Positions 52,305 to 61,959 of a stretch of 64,000 bases of DNA are shown in pieces; position 1 is the stretch's first letter, and every line of letters starts with the position of its first letter. The notes under the pieces were generated by a model that made no database searches, was not told the DNA's origin, and saw only the letters and a program-made list of their open reading frames with translations. This DNA is from an uncultured Peptococcaceae bacterium (GTDB lineage: Bacteria > Bacillota > Dehalobacteriia > UBA4068 > UBA4997). Location: contig CBCTTQ010000001.1 of assembly GCA_965149945.1 (NCBI GenBank), positions 60,637-124,636 on the forward strand, in the 5' to 3' direction. A program made the translations under genes and the position numbers.

Positions 52305-52817
52305 TTACAGCGTCAAAGTCGGAGCGGAATAGACGCGAGCCGCTAATTCTTGGTCCAACATATAGAGCGCTTTGGCGTCGGTGCCGAACAAATCGTATTT
52401 TTTGATTAAATCTTCGGCGGTTTTTTCTTCTTCGCCTTGTTCTTTGACGAACCAATCCAAAAACTGCATGGTACGAAAATCTTTTTCTTCATAGGCCGCG
52501 CCGTAGATGGTGTTGATCAGTTCGGTCACGTATTGTTCGTGTTCCAGACCGTAACCCAGCACTGTTTTGACATCGGTCAATTCTTTATCGGGTTTGGCAA
52601 TGGCTTCCAAGGTGGGTTTGTGGCCGTTGTTCTGCAGATATTCCAGGAATAACACGGCGTGATCCCGTTCTTCCTGCGCCTGGATTTTGTACCAATTGCC
52701 GAAGCCGTCCAGTCCTTCATCATAGAAGAAATTAGAAAAATCCAAATACAGATAGGCGGAGTAAAATTCTTTGTTGATTTGTGTGTTGATCAATTCCGCT
52801 ACTTTGGCGTTTAACAT
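52305..52817 (-). CDS. ftn: non-haem ferritin
   Basis: Start at the ATG at 52817 (MLNAKVAELINTQINKEFYSAYLYL, AGGAGG RBS). Ferroxidase-centre residues E..E..H..E..QEERDHA pattern. Confidence 0.9.
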   Translation of the reverse strand: MLNAKVAELINTQINKEFYSAYLYLDFSNFFYDEGLDGFGNWYKIQAQEERDHAVLFLEYLQNNGHKPTLEAIAKPDKELTDVKTVLGYGLEHEQYVTELINTIYGAAYEEKDFRTMQFLDWFVKEQGEEEKTAEDLIKKYDLFGTDAKALYMLDQELAARVYSAPTLTL

Positions 52818-52862
52818 GAAAATACCTCCTTTGACTGATGGTGATCGAGTTCTGATGCTTCT

Positions 52863-52906
52863 ATTATATCGGAAAAATATTTTTCTCTCTGTAGAAATTT
52901 CCACAG
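52863..52906 (-). promoter_or_regulatory. ferritin promoter: -10 TATAAT plus 16-bp CRP/FNR-type palindrome centred near -41.5
   Basis: Minus strand: TATAAT at 52868-52863, with no recognisable -35. Palindrome CTGTAGAAATTTCCACAG at 52889-52906 (half-sites TGTAG/TGTGG, 6-bp spacer) sits 20 nt upstream of the -10. Confidence 0.4.
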
Positions 52907-53541
52907 AATCCGCTCTTCTCAGAAAATTTCTTTCGTTGGTTGTCGCTCTTTTTTTCGCGCGAAATCACCGCGGGCGCTTTCGGAGGAACTCGTGTTTTTT
53001 TTTGGTGGGAAAAATGAAAAATATAAGCATTTTGGGTATAGATATTCGTTGTTCGGGGTGTTATCTCCGCGGCGGCAGGGACGGCGGAGTCCTTGCGTTG
53101 CTGTTGTTCTGTGAAAGAGTCATGGAAATTAAGGAATTTTTCAGAATATTCAGGGTGTTTCTTTTACAAAATAATGATTCTCTATTGAGAAAAAAGGATA
53201 AAGAAGCGCTCATAATGAGGATATGTTCCGTATTTTTTTAGACTTTTTTGGGGAAAATGGAAGAAATTTTATGAATACGAAAAAGGAATTTACCAATGCA
53301 AAAAAGGTATCCTTTTTCTGTTTGGAGCGTCTTGCATGAAAAAGGAGTTTATGGTATTTTATTACTATGATTTTCAGCGGGGCGATGAGAGAAATGTAAG
53401 ATTTTTCTGCCGCTGAAAAGAGTTCTGTATGCATCATTCATTTTTGGGAAAAAACTTTCTTACTGTGCCGCGGCGCTGTTTTCGGTCGAAATTAAAGAAT
53501 CGCGGCGCTTTGAAAAACACCGAGAGAAAGGAGAGGAATAA

Positions 53542-54096
53542 ATGGGCAAAGAAGAATTATTGGAAAAATTGCTGCGTTCTTATGAAAGCAGTTTCGATGT
53601 TTTTCCGTCCTATCAGTTGGGCGATGCTTTTTTTGACGCTTATGCCGCCTTTGATATGACCGGCGCCAAATACGTCCTTTCCAAAAAAGCCGAGCTTTGG
53701 CGGGTACAATGCTATGAGCATGCTTTTTTCCGTCTGCGGGATGTGCTGACGGCCGACGATGTGGCGGCTTTTCGGGAACAGATTATCGACCGCATTGAGC
53801 CGGAGCTGGTGCGGCGCGGGCAGCCGTTGCCGCCTCCCGACCATATGTATTCCTATGTGACGGGGATTTTTTTGTGTGACCGTATTACGCCGGAAGCGGA
53901 AAAGGCGGCGCGCGCCTTCCGTTACAATAAAAATTATCGTCTGACCTTTCGCGGCTATACCCAGGCAAGGTTATTGGTGTTTGATTTCAGCACGGGTCGC
54001 CTGTTCGGCAACGGCGCCGCGCGGAAATTAAAAAAAGGATACCGAAAAATCGTCCCCGCTTTTTTTGCTGAAGAAGAAGGGGAAAGCGTTTCTTAA
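53542..54096 (+). CDS. hypothetical protein (184 aa)
   Basis: Strong RBS GAAAGGAGAGG before the ATG. No recognisable family. Confidence 0.5.
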   Translation: MGKEELLEKLLRSYESSFDVFPSYQLGDAFFDAYAAFDMTGAKYVLSKKAELWRVQCYEHAFFRLRDVLTADDVAAFREQIIDRIEPELVRRGQPLPPPDHMYSYVTGIFLCDRITPEAEKAARAFRYNKNYRLTFRGYTQARLLVFDFSTGRLFGNGAARKLKKGYRKIVPAFFAEEEGESVS

Positions 54097-54357
54097 CGGC
54101 GGATGTTTGGATAACGCTTTTTCGAATTCGGCGGATCACCAACTTCATCTTGAAGAGAAAAGGGATTTTTTGAGGAGACAGGCCGAAGTTCGACCGTTTA
54201 TGATTTGTGTTTTATCAGCCGAGTTGAAATTTTCTTCCTCGGCGAGACGGCGACTTTCCAACCTGCGCGATGGTCGCGGGTACTTTTCTTGCTGTCAGTT
54301 GAAGTTGTGATAAAATAGATTCCAAAATCATTTTAAGAAGGAAAAGGAGGAATTTGT

Positions 54358-56103
54358 ATGAACGGAATGGTTATCATGTTAATTGGTTTAGCCGTGTTGG
54401 TCATCGCCTATCTGACTTACGGCAAATGGCTGGCCAAGCAGTGGGGTGTGGATCCTTCTCGGCCCACTCCCTCTCATACGATGTATGACGGCGTGGACTA
54501 TGTACCCGCTAAATCGCCTATTCTTTTGGGCCATCATTTTTCTTCCATCGCCGGGGCGGGTCCTATCAACGGACCGATCCAAGCGGCTGTATTCGGCTGG
54601 GTGCCGGTGTTGCTTTGGGTTTTGATCGGAGGTATTTTCTTCGGCGCGGTACATGACTTCGGCGCTTTGTTCGCCTCTATCCGCAACAAAGGTCAGTCCA
54701 TCGGGGAAGTTATCTTCAACACCATGGGTATCAAAGCGAAAAAGCTGTTTTGCGTATTCGCTTATCTTACTTTGATTTTGGTGGTTGCTTCTTTCGCGTC
54801 TATCGTCGCGGATACCTTTGTCGCTACTTTTGACGCGTCCGGTAATGTGGATGTAGCTGCCAGCGCCGCCAACGCCAGCACCGCCACCATTTCCTTTTTG
54901 TTTATCATTGTGGCGATTTTCTTCGGATTTTTCGTTTATCGGCGCAACGCCCCGGTGCTGGTTTCCACCATCATCGGCGTCATTGCCATCATCGGCTGTA
55001 TGGCGTTGGGTCTGAATTGGCATCCGTTGTATTTTGATACGACCACTTGGATGATTATCGTAGGTATTTACATCGCCGTGGCATCTGTAGTTCCTGTTTG
55101 GATTCTGCTTCAGCCGCGGGATTATCTCAGCTCCTTTTTGCTGTATGGTATGATGATTGTGGCTATTGTGGGAATCCTCGGCGCCGGTCTCACCGGCAAC
55201 GGCAATATGGATATTCCGGCATTTACCGGTTTTACGGATACGCTGGCGCCCACGGGTACTTCTCTGGGCTTCCTGTTCCCGGCGCTGTTTATTACCATCG
55301 CCTGCGGCGCCATCTCCGGGTTCCACTCTCTGGTGGGCTCCGGTACCACCGCGAAACAGTTGGATAATGAAAAAGACGCCCGTCCCATCGCCTACGGCGG
55401 CATGTTGATTGAATGCGCCCTGGCCATCGTCTCTTTGTGCGCGGTTGGTTTCATTTGGGCAAACTACGCCTCCGGAGAAACGGTCACTCCTACCGTAGTC
55501 TTTGCCACCGGTATTTCTCAGATGACTTCTACCATTCCTTTTTTGGAAGGCGCGGAAAGTGTTATCTACTCTCTGTTGATATTGGCGGTTTCCGCTTTCT
55601 GTATGACTTCTTTGGATACAGCCACCCGTCTGGCCCGTTATCTGTTCCAGGAATTTTGGCTGGGGGAAGGAGAAACTTGGCGTACCGCCACCGGCTACAA
55701 AAAAGTATTGGCAAACCCCTATGTCGCTACCATCATTTCCGTTGTTTTGGGCATCTCTTTAGGTTTGACCGGTTATGCCAACATCTGGCCGCTGTTCGGC
55801 GCCGCCAACCAGCTTTTAGCTGCTTTGGGCCTGCTGGCTGTGGCGGCTTGGTTGGGCAGTCTGGGCAAGAATAATAAAATGTTCTTCATCCCCATGATCT
55901 TTATGCTGATTGTGACGCTGACTTCCCTTTGCTTTACTGTTAACTCCAATATCCAGGGTATTTTGGCAGGCGCGGACGGTACCGTTTGGTATGTGATTCG
56001 AACCATCCTGGCCGCTCTGCTTATCATTTTGGCAGTGATCTTAGCGGTAGACAGCATCAAAACTTTGTCCAAGCAGCACAAAGAACGGGTACAGGCGGAA
56101 TAA
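54358..56103 (+). CDS. cstA: carbon starvation protein A family transporter
   Basis: 581 aa, polytopic. N-terminal ..LLGHHFSSIAGAGPINGPIQAAVFGW.. and ..GAVHDFGALF.. are CstA signatures. AAGGAGG RBS. Confidence 0.9.
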   Translation: MNGMVIMLIGLAVLVIAYLTYGKWLAKQWGVDPSRPTPSHTMYDGVDYVPAKSPILLGHHFSSIAGAGPINGPIQAAVFGWVPVLLWVLIGGIFFGAVHDFGALFASIRNKGQSIGEVIFNTMGIKAKKLFCVFAYLTLILVVASFASIVADTFVATFDASGNVDVAASAANASTATISFLFIIVAIFFGFFVYRRNAPVLVSTIIGVIAIIGCMALGLNWHPLYFDTTTWMIIVGIYIAVASVVPVWILLQPRDYLSSFLLYGMMIVAIVGILGAGLTGNGNMDIPAFTGFTDTLAPTGTSLGFLFPALFITIACGAISGFHSLVGSGTTAKQLDNEKDARPIAYGGMLIECALAIVSLCAVGFIWANYASGETVTPTVVFATGISQMTSTIPFLEGAESVIYSLLILAVSAFCMTSLDTATRLARYLFQEFWLGEGETWRTATGYKKVLANPYVATIISVVLGISLGLTGYANIWPLFGAANQLLAALGLLAVAAWLGSLGKNNKMFFIPMIFMLIVTLTSLCFTVNSNIQGILAGADGTVWYVIRTILAALLIILAVILAVDSIKTLSKQHKERVQAE

Positions 56104-56155
56104 GCGAAGCGTATAACGCCATCACTCAGATAAAGAGATCATTTTAAACAAATGA

Positions 56156-56192
56156 CGGGAGAAAGGCCATGACGCGCCTTTCTCCCGTTTTC
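56156..56192 (+). terminator. rho-independent terminator of cstA
   Basis: 12-bp stem CGGGAGAAAGGC/GCCTTTCTCCCG followed by a T4 run. Confidence 0.6.
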
Positions 56193-56293
56193 AGCTTCGC
56201 GGCGGTTCGGAACGCGTTTGTTTGGGCAGAGGCAGGGGAAAATAGATAGAATATACTGAAAATAAGGAAAACGGGAAAACCCGCTTTTGCCTG

Positions 56294-56322
56294 TTGACAT
56301 TGGAATTCGTTTGTTTTATGAT
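56294..56322 (+). promoter_or_regulatory. sigma-A promoter of the leu operon leader
   Basis: TTGACA (56294-56299), 17-nt spacer, TATGAT (56317-56322). Confidence 0.5.
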
Positions 56323-56324
56323 AA

Positions 56325-56600
56325 TAAAGGAGAAATTTTCTCTGAAAAAAGTTGGATCACAATAGCAAATACGCATTGCCATGACGGGAATAAATGATCG
56401 GATTGGTTTCCCAGAGAGCGGTCGGCTGCTGAAAAGACCGCAAACTTTCGCTCATGTCTCACCCCTGAGCAATGTTTGAATGAGAGGGCACGGTAAACTG
56501 TGTCAAAAAGAGTGGTACCGCGGAAATAACAAAAGGTTTGTTTTCGTCTCTTTTGCGATTTTTTTCGAAAATCGCCGAAGAGGCGGTTTTTTTTGAAAAA
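56325..56600 (+). promoter_or_regulatory. T-box riboswitch leader of the leuACDB operon
   Basis: T-box motif AAAGAGUGGUACCGCGG at 56505-56523. Two overlapping, mutually exclusive hairpins follow: GCGATTTT/AAAATCGC at 56553-56574, and CGCC-gaagag-GCGG plus a U8 run at 56571-56598. A CUC (Leu) codon candidate lies in ..UUUCGCUCAUGUCUCAC.. Confidence 0.75.
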
Positions 56601-56643
56601 ATCGCCTGTTTGTTTGATTTGTGATGGGAATGGAGGAACAAAC

Positions 56644-58356
56644 ATGAAAAACTACACCAAGTATCAAATCGGATATTTCCCGCCGCCGGTGCCGGTGGAA
56701 GAAATGGAATGGCCGAAAAAAGACCATCTGGAACAAGCGCCCAGATGGTGCAGCGTCGATTTACGTGACGGCAATCAGGCGTTGATTGTTCCTATGACAC
56801 TGGAAGAAAAACTGGAATTCTTTCGTTATCTGGTAGAAATCGGCTTTAAAGAAATTGAGGTCGGTTTTCCCGCCGCCTCGGAAACGGAATATGAATTTTT
56901 GCGGAAGTTGATCGAGGATCGGCTGATTCCCGACGATGTGACGGTGCAAGTGCTGACCCAGTCCCGCCGCCATATTATTGAAAAAACCTTCCGAGCTTTA
57001 AAAGGCGCCAAACGCGCTGTGGTGCATTTGTATAATTCCACCTCTCTGGCCCAGCGCCAGCAGGTGTTCAAAGCCCCTAAGGAAAAAATTGTGGAAATCG
57101 CCGTGGAAGGCGCCCGTTTGATGAACGATTATGCCGCCAAACAGCCGGAAACGGAATTTCAATTTGAATATTCTCCGGAAAGCTTCACCGGTACGGAAAT
57201 GGAGTTCGCGGCGGAAATCTGCAACGCGGTTATCGATGTGTGGCAGCCTACTCCGGAGCGGCAGGTGATCGTGAATCTGCCCGCCACGGTGGAAATGTCC
57301 ATGCCCCATGTGTTTGCCAATCAGGTAGAATATATGAGTAAAGCGCTGCATTGTCGGGAAAATATCATTCTTTCCCTGCACCCTCACAACGACCGCGGTA
57401 CCGGTGTGGCCGACGCGGAACTGGGACTTTTGGCGGGTGGTCAGCGCATCGAAGGAACCCTGTTCGGTAACGGGGAACGAACGGGGAACGTGGATATTGT
57501 GACATTGGCTATGAATTTGTTCAGCCATGGGGTAGACCCCGGTCTGGATTTTTCCAATATGCCCAAGGCGGTGAATGTGTATGAACGCTGTACCGGCATG
57601 AAAGTAAATCCCCGTCAGCCCTATGCGGGAGAATTGGTGTTTGCCGCTTTTTCCGGTTCTCACCAGGACGCCATTTCCAAAGGCATGAAATGGCGGAAAC
57701 GCTATCAGCCGGAACGCTGGACAGTGCCTTATCTGCCCGTGGATCCTCACGATGTGGGGCGGGAATACGACGGCGATGTTATCCGTATCAACAGCCAATC
57801 CGGCAAAGGCGGCGTGGCGTATATTCTGGAGCAAAATTTTGGTTTTATCTTACCCAAGGCCATGATGCCGGAAGTGGGATATATGATGAAAGAAATCTCG
57901 GACCATCATCACGAAGAACTGCAGCCGGACGATATGTTCCGCGCTTTTGCCCGAGAATATATTAATGATTTTTCGCCGCTGGACATCACCAACGCTTATT
58001 TTGATCATATGAGCACCACCAAAGAAGAAGAAAAAGACAGCGTGCGGGTGAGAATGCGGGTGGAACTGTTGGGACAGGTGTTCCGTCTGGAAGCTACCGG
58101 CAACGGCCGTCTGGACGCCGTCAGCAACGCCCTGCGCAAAACTCAGTACCAAATGGACTATGAATTTGTTACCTATTCGGAACACGCCATCAGTAAAGAT
58201 TCCAACTCCAAAGCCGCCGCTTATGTCTGTATCGCGGATAAAAACGGCAATCAGTATTGGGGAGTGGGTACCCACGCCGACATCATTTTGGCGTCGGTGA
58301 ACGCGCTGGTCAGCGCTTTAAATCGGATGAACAAAAAGACGCATTTTATCATTTAA
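56644..58356 (+). CDS. leuA: 2-isopropylmalate synthase (long, LeuA2-type)
   Basis: Start at the ATG at 56644 (GGAGGAACAAAC ATG). ..SVDLRDGNQA.., ..LHPHNDRGTGVA.. and the C-terminal LeuA dimerisation domain. 570 aa. Confidence 0.9.
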   Translation: MKNYTKYQIGYFPPPVPVEEMEWPKKDHLEQAPRWCSVDLRDGNQALIVPMTLEEKLEFFRYLVEIGFKEIEVGFPAASETEYEFLRKLIEDRLIPDDVTVQVLTQSRRHIIEKTFRALKGAKRAVVHLYNSTSLAQRQQVFKAPKEKIVEIAVEGARLMNDYAAKQPETEFQFEYSPESFTGTEMEFAAEICNAVIDVWQPTPERQVIVNLPATVEMSMPHVFANQVEYMSKALHCRENIILSLHPHNDRGTGVADAELGLLAGGQRIEGTLFGNGERTGNVDIVTLAMNLFSHGVDPGLDFSNMPKAVNVYERCTGMKVNPRQPYAGELVFAAFSGSHQDAISKGMKWRKRYQPERWTVPYLPVDPHDVGREYDGDVIRINSQSGKGGVAYILEQNFGFILPKAMMPEVGYMMKEISDHHHEELQPDDMFRAFAREYINDFSPLDITNAYFDHMSTTKEEEKDSVRVRMRVELLGQVFRLEATGNGRLDAVSNALRKTQYQMDYEFVTYSEHAISKDSNSKAAAYVCIADKNGNQYWGVGTHADIILASVNALVSALNRMNKKTHFII

Positions 58357-58471
58357 AGAAATAACGGCGGCTGTCGCTCCGCCCCAAGGGGCGTTTTCCC
58401 CAACAGCTGTCGAACGAAAAGACGGGCGGCGGTTTGAGCGGTCGCCATGACGGAACAGAGGAGGAAGCATT

Positions 58472-59734
58472 ATGGGTATGACAATGACACAGAAGATTCT
58501 GGCGGCGCATGCCGGTTTAGAACAGGTGGTCGCGGGTCAACTGATCAACGCCAAATTGGATTTGACGCTGGCCAATGACATCACCGGTCCGGTTGCGATC
58601 AATGAATTTGAAGGCGCCGGTTTTGACAAAGTGTTCGATCGGGATAAAATTACCCTGGTCATGGATCATTTCGCGCCGAATAAAGATATCAAAAGCGCGG
58701 AACAATGTAAAAAATGCCGTGTTTTTGCCAAGAAATTTCAGTTGAGCCATTTTTATGATGTGGGGCGAATGGGGATCGAACACGCTCTGCTGCCGGAGCA
58801 GGGGTTGGTAGCGCCCGGCGAAGCCATCATCGGCGCCGATTCTCACACTTGCACCTACGGCGCTTTAGGCGCTTTTTCCACCGGTGTCGGCTCTACCGAT
58901 TTGGCGGCGGGAATGGCGACGGGACAGGCATGGTTTAAGGTGCCTTCTGCTTTGAAATTCCGTTTGAGCGGCTCTCTGCGCCCTCATGTCGGCGGTAAAG
59001 ATGTGATTTTGTTTATCATCGGTAAAATCGGGGTGGACGGCGCTTTGTATAAATCCATGGAATTTTGCGGTCCCGGTGTGGCGTCTTTGTCCATGGACGA
59101 TCGTCTTTGTATTGCCAATATGGCGATTGAAGCGGGAGCCAAAAACGGCATTTTCCCGGTGGACGCTGTGACCGAAGCCTATTTGGACGGACGGGTGAGT
59201 CGCCCCTATACTGCCTATGAGGCGGATGCCGACGCGGAGTATGACGCGGAGTATGAAATTGACCTTTCCTCTATTGCGCCTATGGTGGCGTTTCCTCATC
59301 TGCCGGAAAACGCCAAACCCGTTTCGGAAGCGGGCGATGTGAAGATTGATCAGGTGGTGATCGGTTCCTGCACCAACGGCCGTCTTTCGGATATGGCGGA
59401 AGCGGCGGCTGTTTTCAAGGGACATCGAGTACATCCTGACGTGCGAACCATCATCATTCCCGCCACTCAGTCCATTTATCGGGAATGTATCCGCCGCGGT
59501 TATTTGGATATTTTCATCGAAGCGGGTTGTGTGGTTTCCACGCCCACTTGCGGTCCTTGTTTGGGCGGTCATATGGGCATTTTGGCGGAGGGGGAACGTT
59601 GTGTCGCCACTACCAACCGTAACTTTGTGGGCCGAATGGGGCATACCAAATCCGAAGTATATCTGGCGGGTCCGGCTGTAGCGGCGGCGTCCGCTCTGGC
59701 GGGAAAAATCGCGGAACCGAAAGGAGACTGTTAA
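58472..59734 (+). CDS. leuC: 3-isopropylmalate dehydratase large subunit
   Basis: 420 aa. Aconitase-family Cys ligands (..GSCTNGR.., ..CGPCLG..). Confidence 0.9.
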   Translation: MGMTMTQKILAAHAGLEQVVAGQLINAKLDLTLANDITGPVAINEFEGAGFDKVFDRDKITLVMDHFAPNKDIKSAEQCKKCRVFAKKFQLSHFYDVGRMGIEHALLPEQGLVAPGEAIIGADSHTCTYGALGAFSTGVGSTDLAAGMATGQAWFKVPSALKFRLSGSLRPHVGGKDVILFIIGKIGVDGALYKSMEFCGPGVASLSMDDRLCIANMAIEAGAKNGIFPVDAVTEAYLDGRVSRPYTAYEADADAEYDAEYEIDLSSIAPMVAFPHLPENAKPVSEAGDVKIDQVVIGSCTNGRLSDMAEAAAVFKGHRVHPDVRTIIIPATQSIYRECIRRGYLDIFIEAGCVVSTPTCGPCLGGHMGILAEGERCVATTNRNFVGRMGHTKSEVYLAGPAVAAASALAGKIAEPKGDC

Positions 59735-59735
59735 G

Positions 59736-60227
59736 ATGGATGTCAAAGGAAGAGTACATAAATATGGGGACAATGTGGACACGGATGTGATTATCCCCGC
59801 TCGCTATCTCAATACCCAGGACCATGGGGAGCTGGCCAAACACTGCATGGAGGATATCGACCCCGATTTCGCGGCGACGGTGCAAAAGGGAGATTTGATT
59901 GTGGCGGGTGAGAATTTCGGCTGCGGTTCCTCTCGGGAACACGCTCCCATTTCCATCAAGGCCTCCGGAGTGGCCTGTGTCATCGCCGCTACCTTCGCGC
60001 GGATTTTCTACCGCAACGCGATCAATATCGGTCTGCCTATTTTGGAATGTCCCGAAGCCAGTCAGGGGATTGCGGACGGTGATGAGGTAACGGTGGATTT
60101 CGGCACCGGCGTCATCACCAATCTCACCAAAAACGAAACTTATCAGGCGCTGCCTTTCCCGGATTTCATCAAAAACATTATCGCCAAAGGCGGCCTGCTA
60201 AAGAGCATTCAGGAAGAACAAAAGTAA
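59736..60227 (+). CDS. leuD: 3-isopropylmalate dehydratase small subunit
   Basis: 163 aa. LeuD swivel domain (..[12 protein letters not shown]..). Starts 2 nt after the leuC stop. Confidence 0.9.
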   Translation: MDVKGRVHKYGDNVDTDVIIPARYLNTQDHGELAKHCMEDIDPDFAATVQKGDLIVAGENFGCGSSREHAPISIKASGVACVIAATFARIFYRNAINIGLPILECPEASQGIADGDEVTVDFGTGVITNLTKNETYQALPFPDFIKNIIAKGGLLKSIQEEQK

Positions 60228-60262
60228 GATTCCGTGAAAAATCGGAAAAGAGGAGGATTGCC

Positions 60263-61330
60263 ATGGATTACAAAATTGCTGTGGTGCAAGGCGACGGCAT
60301 CGGCCCCGAAGTGGTGGCGGAAGCGGTCAAAGTATTGAATCGAGTGGGAGAAAAATTCCACCATCAATTCTATTTTGTGAAAGTTTGGGCGGGCGGTGAA
60401 GCCATCGATGAAATGGGCGTGTGTCTGCCGCAGGAAACCATCGATCTTTGCAAACGGTGTGACGCGGTGCTTTTGGGGGCGGTCGGCGGTCCCAAATGGG
60501 ACGATTTGCCGGGAAACCTGCGTCCGGAGCAGGCTCTTTTGGGGCTGAGAAAATCCTTAGGGTTGTTTGCCAATTTGCGTCCCGCCATGGTTTTTGAGGA
60601 ATTGGCGGCTGCTTCTCCTTTGAAACCGGAAATCATCGAAGGCGGTTTGGATATTGTGGTGGTCAGAGAGCTGACCGGAGGGATTTATTTCGGCGAAAAA
60701 GGACACAAAACCACAGATATGGGCGATGCCGCTTATGATGTGGAACAATACGCCGAGGAAGAAGTGCGCCGCATCGCGCGCGTGGCGTTTGATATGGCAC
60801 GGAAACGCCAGAAAAAAGTTACCAGCATCGACAAAGCTAACGTGCTGGAAAGCTCCCGCCTTTGGCGGAAAGTCATAACCGAAGTGGGCAAGTCCTATCC
60901 CGATGTGGAATTGAATCATTTGTATGTGGATAACGCCGCCATGCAGCTGGTGCGTAACCCCAAACAATTTGATGTCATCGTTACCAGCAATATGTTTGGG
61001 GACATTCTTTCCGACGAGGCCAGCCAGATTACCGGTTCCATTGGGATGTTGGCTTCCGCCAGTCTGACGGAAGGAAATTTCGGCATGTATGAACCCATTC
61101 ATGGTTCTGCTCCCGATATCGCGGGGCAGGACATCGCCAATCCTATCGCCACCATTTTGTCTGTGGCGATGATGCTGCGTTATACATTCGGGCTGAGCGC
61201 CGAAGCCGACGCTGTGGAAGGCGCCGTGCGGAAATTTTTGGCTGATGGCTATCGCACTTTGGATATCGCCGCCGGACAGGACGCCGTAGGTACGGCCGAA
61301 GCGGGTACTTTGATCGCGGAACGTCTCTAA
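60263..61330 (+). CDS. leuB: 3-isopropylmalate dehydrogenase
   Basis: 355 aa. ..NLFANLRPA.. and ..[13 protein letters not shown].. isocitrate/isopropylmalate dehydrogenase signatures. Confidence 0.9.
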   Translation: MDYKIAVVQGDGIGPEVVAEAVKVLNRVGEKFHHQFYFVKVWAGGEAIDEMGVCLPQETIDLCKRCDAVLLGAVGGPKWDDLPGNLRPEQALLGLRKSLGLFANLRPAMVFEELAAASPLKPEIIEGGLDIVVVRELTGGIYFGEKGHKTTDMGDAAYDVEQYAEEEVRRIARVAFDMARKRQKKVTSIDKANVLESSRLWRKVITEVGKSYPDVELNHLYVDNAAMQLVRNPKQFDVIVTSNMFGDILSDEASQITGSIGMLASASLTEGNFGMYEPIHGSAPDIAGQDIANPIATILSVAMMLRYTFGLSAEADAVEGAVRKFLADGYRTLDIAAGQDAVGTAEAGTLIAERL

Positions 61331-61430
61331 CGCCGTTGGTTTTTTGTTGTCTGAGGCGTAAATTTTCTCAGTTTTCGCGGGCTGAGGGAGCAGCTTTCCG
61401 CAGCGGGAGATAAAAAGCGCCGCGGCAAAA

Positions 61431-61471
61431 AGAGCAGAAAAAATCCCCCTTGCTTTGCAAGGGGGATTTTT
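61431..61471. terminator. bidirectional terminator between leuB (+) and the tRNA operon (-)
   Basis: AAAATCCCCCT-tgctttgca-AGGGGGATTTT with a T-run in both orientations. Confidence 0.6.
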
Positions 61472-61473
61472 GA

Positions 61474-61550
61474 TGGTACGCCAGGCGGGATTCGAACCCA
61501 CGACCTTTTGGTTCGTAGCCAAACACTCTATCCAGCTGAGCTACTGGCGC
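61474..61550 (-). tRNA. tRNA-Arg (anticodon ACG)
   Basis: Minus-strand cloverleaf GCGCCAGUAGCUCAGCUGGAUAGAGUGUUUGGCUACGAACCAAA..GGGUUCGAAUCCCGCCUGGCGUACCA with encoded CCA. Anticodon loop CUACGAA. Confidence 0.85.
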
Positions 61551-61615
61551 GCGATACTCTGTTTATAAGGATTCGCTGCTTTTGGAGAAATTCCTGCCTA
61601 AACAGAGTATTTTTT

Positions 61616-61710
61616 TGGCGGAGAGCAAGGGATTCGAACCCTCGATACAGCTTTTGAACCGTATACTCGCTTAGCAGGCGAGCGCCTTCGACCGACTCGG
61701 CCAACTCTCC
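61616..61710 (-). tRNA. tRNA-Ser (anticodon GCU), type II with long variable arm
   Basis: GGAGAGUUGGCCGAGUCGGUCGAAGGCGCUCGCCUGCUAAGCGAG..GGGUUCGAAUCCCUUGCUCUCCGCCA. Anticodon loop CUGCUAA. Confidence 0.85.
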
Positions 61711-61750
61711 ATGTTTAAAATCCTCTCTGCTGTGCCGCGCCAAAACTGTT

Positions 61751-61839
61751 TGGCGGAGAGGATGGGATTCGAACCCATGACACATTACTGTGCGACGGTT
61801 TTCAAGACCGCTCCGTTATGACCACTTCGGTACCTCTCC
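61751..61839 (-). tRNA. tRNA-Ser (anticodon UGA), type II
   Basis: GGAGAGGUACCGAAGUGGUCAUAACGGAGCGGUCUUGAAAACCGUC..AUGGGUUCGAAUCCCAUCCUCUCCGCCA. Anticodon loop CUUGAAA. Confidence 0.85.
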
Positions 61840-61867
61840 GTACAGCACCCACAAGAGGTACTAATCT

Positions 61868-61896
61868 AGTATACACAAAAGTTTTCCGATTGTCAA
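61868..61896 (-). promoter_or_regulatory. consensus sigma-A promoter of the tRNA operon
   Basis: Minus strand: TTGACA (61896-61891), 17-nt spacer, TATACT (61873-61868). Lies about 25 nt before the first tRNA. Confidence 0.5.
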
Positions 61897-61959
61897 GCAT
61901 CCTTGGAAAAAAAAGCGTTTTTTCCTGTTTTCTTGTGATATATTTTGGAGAATCAACCC

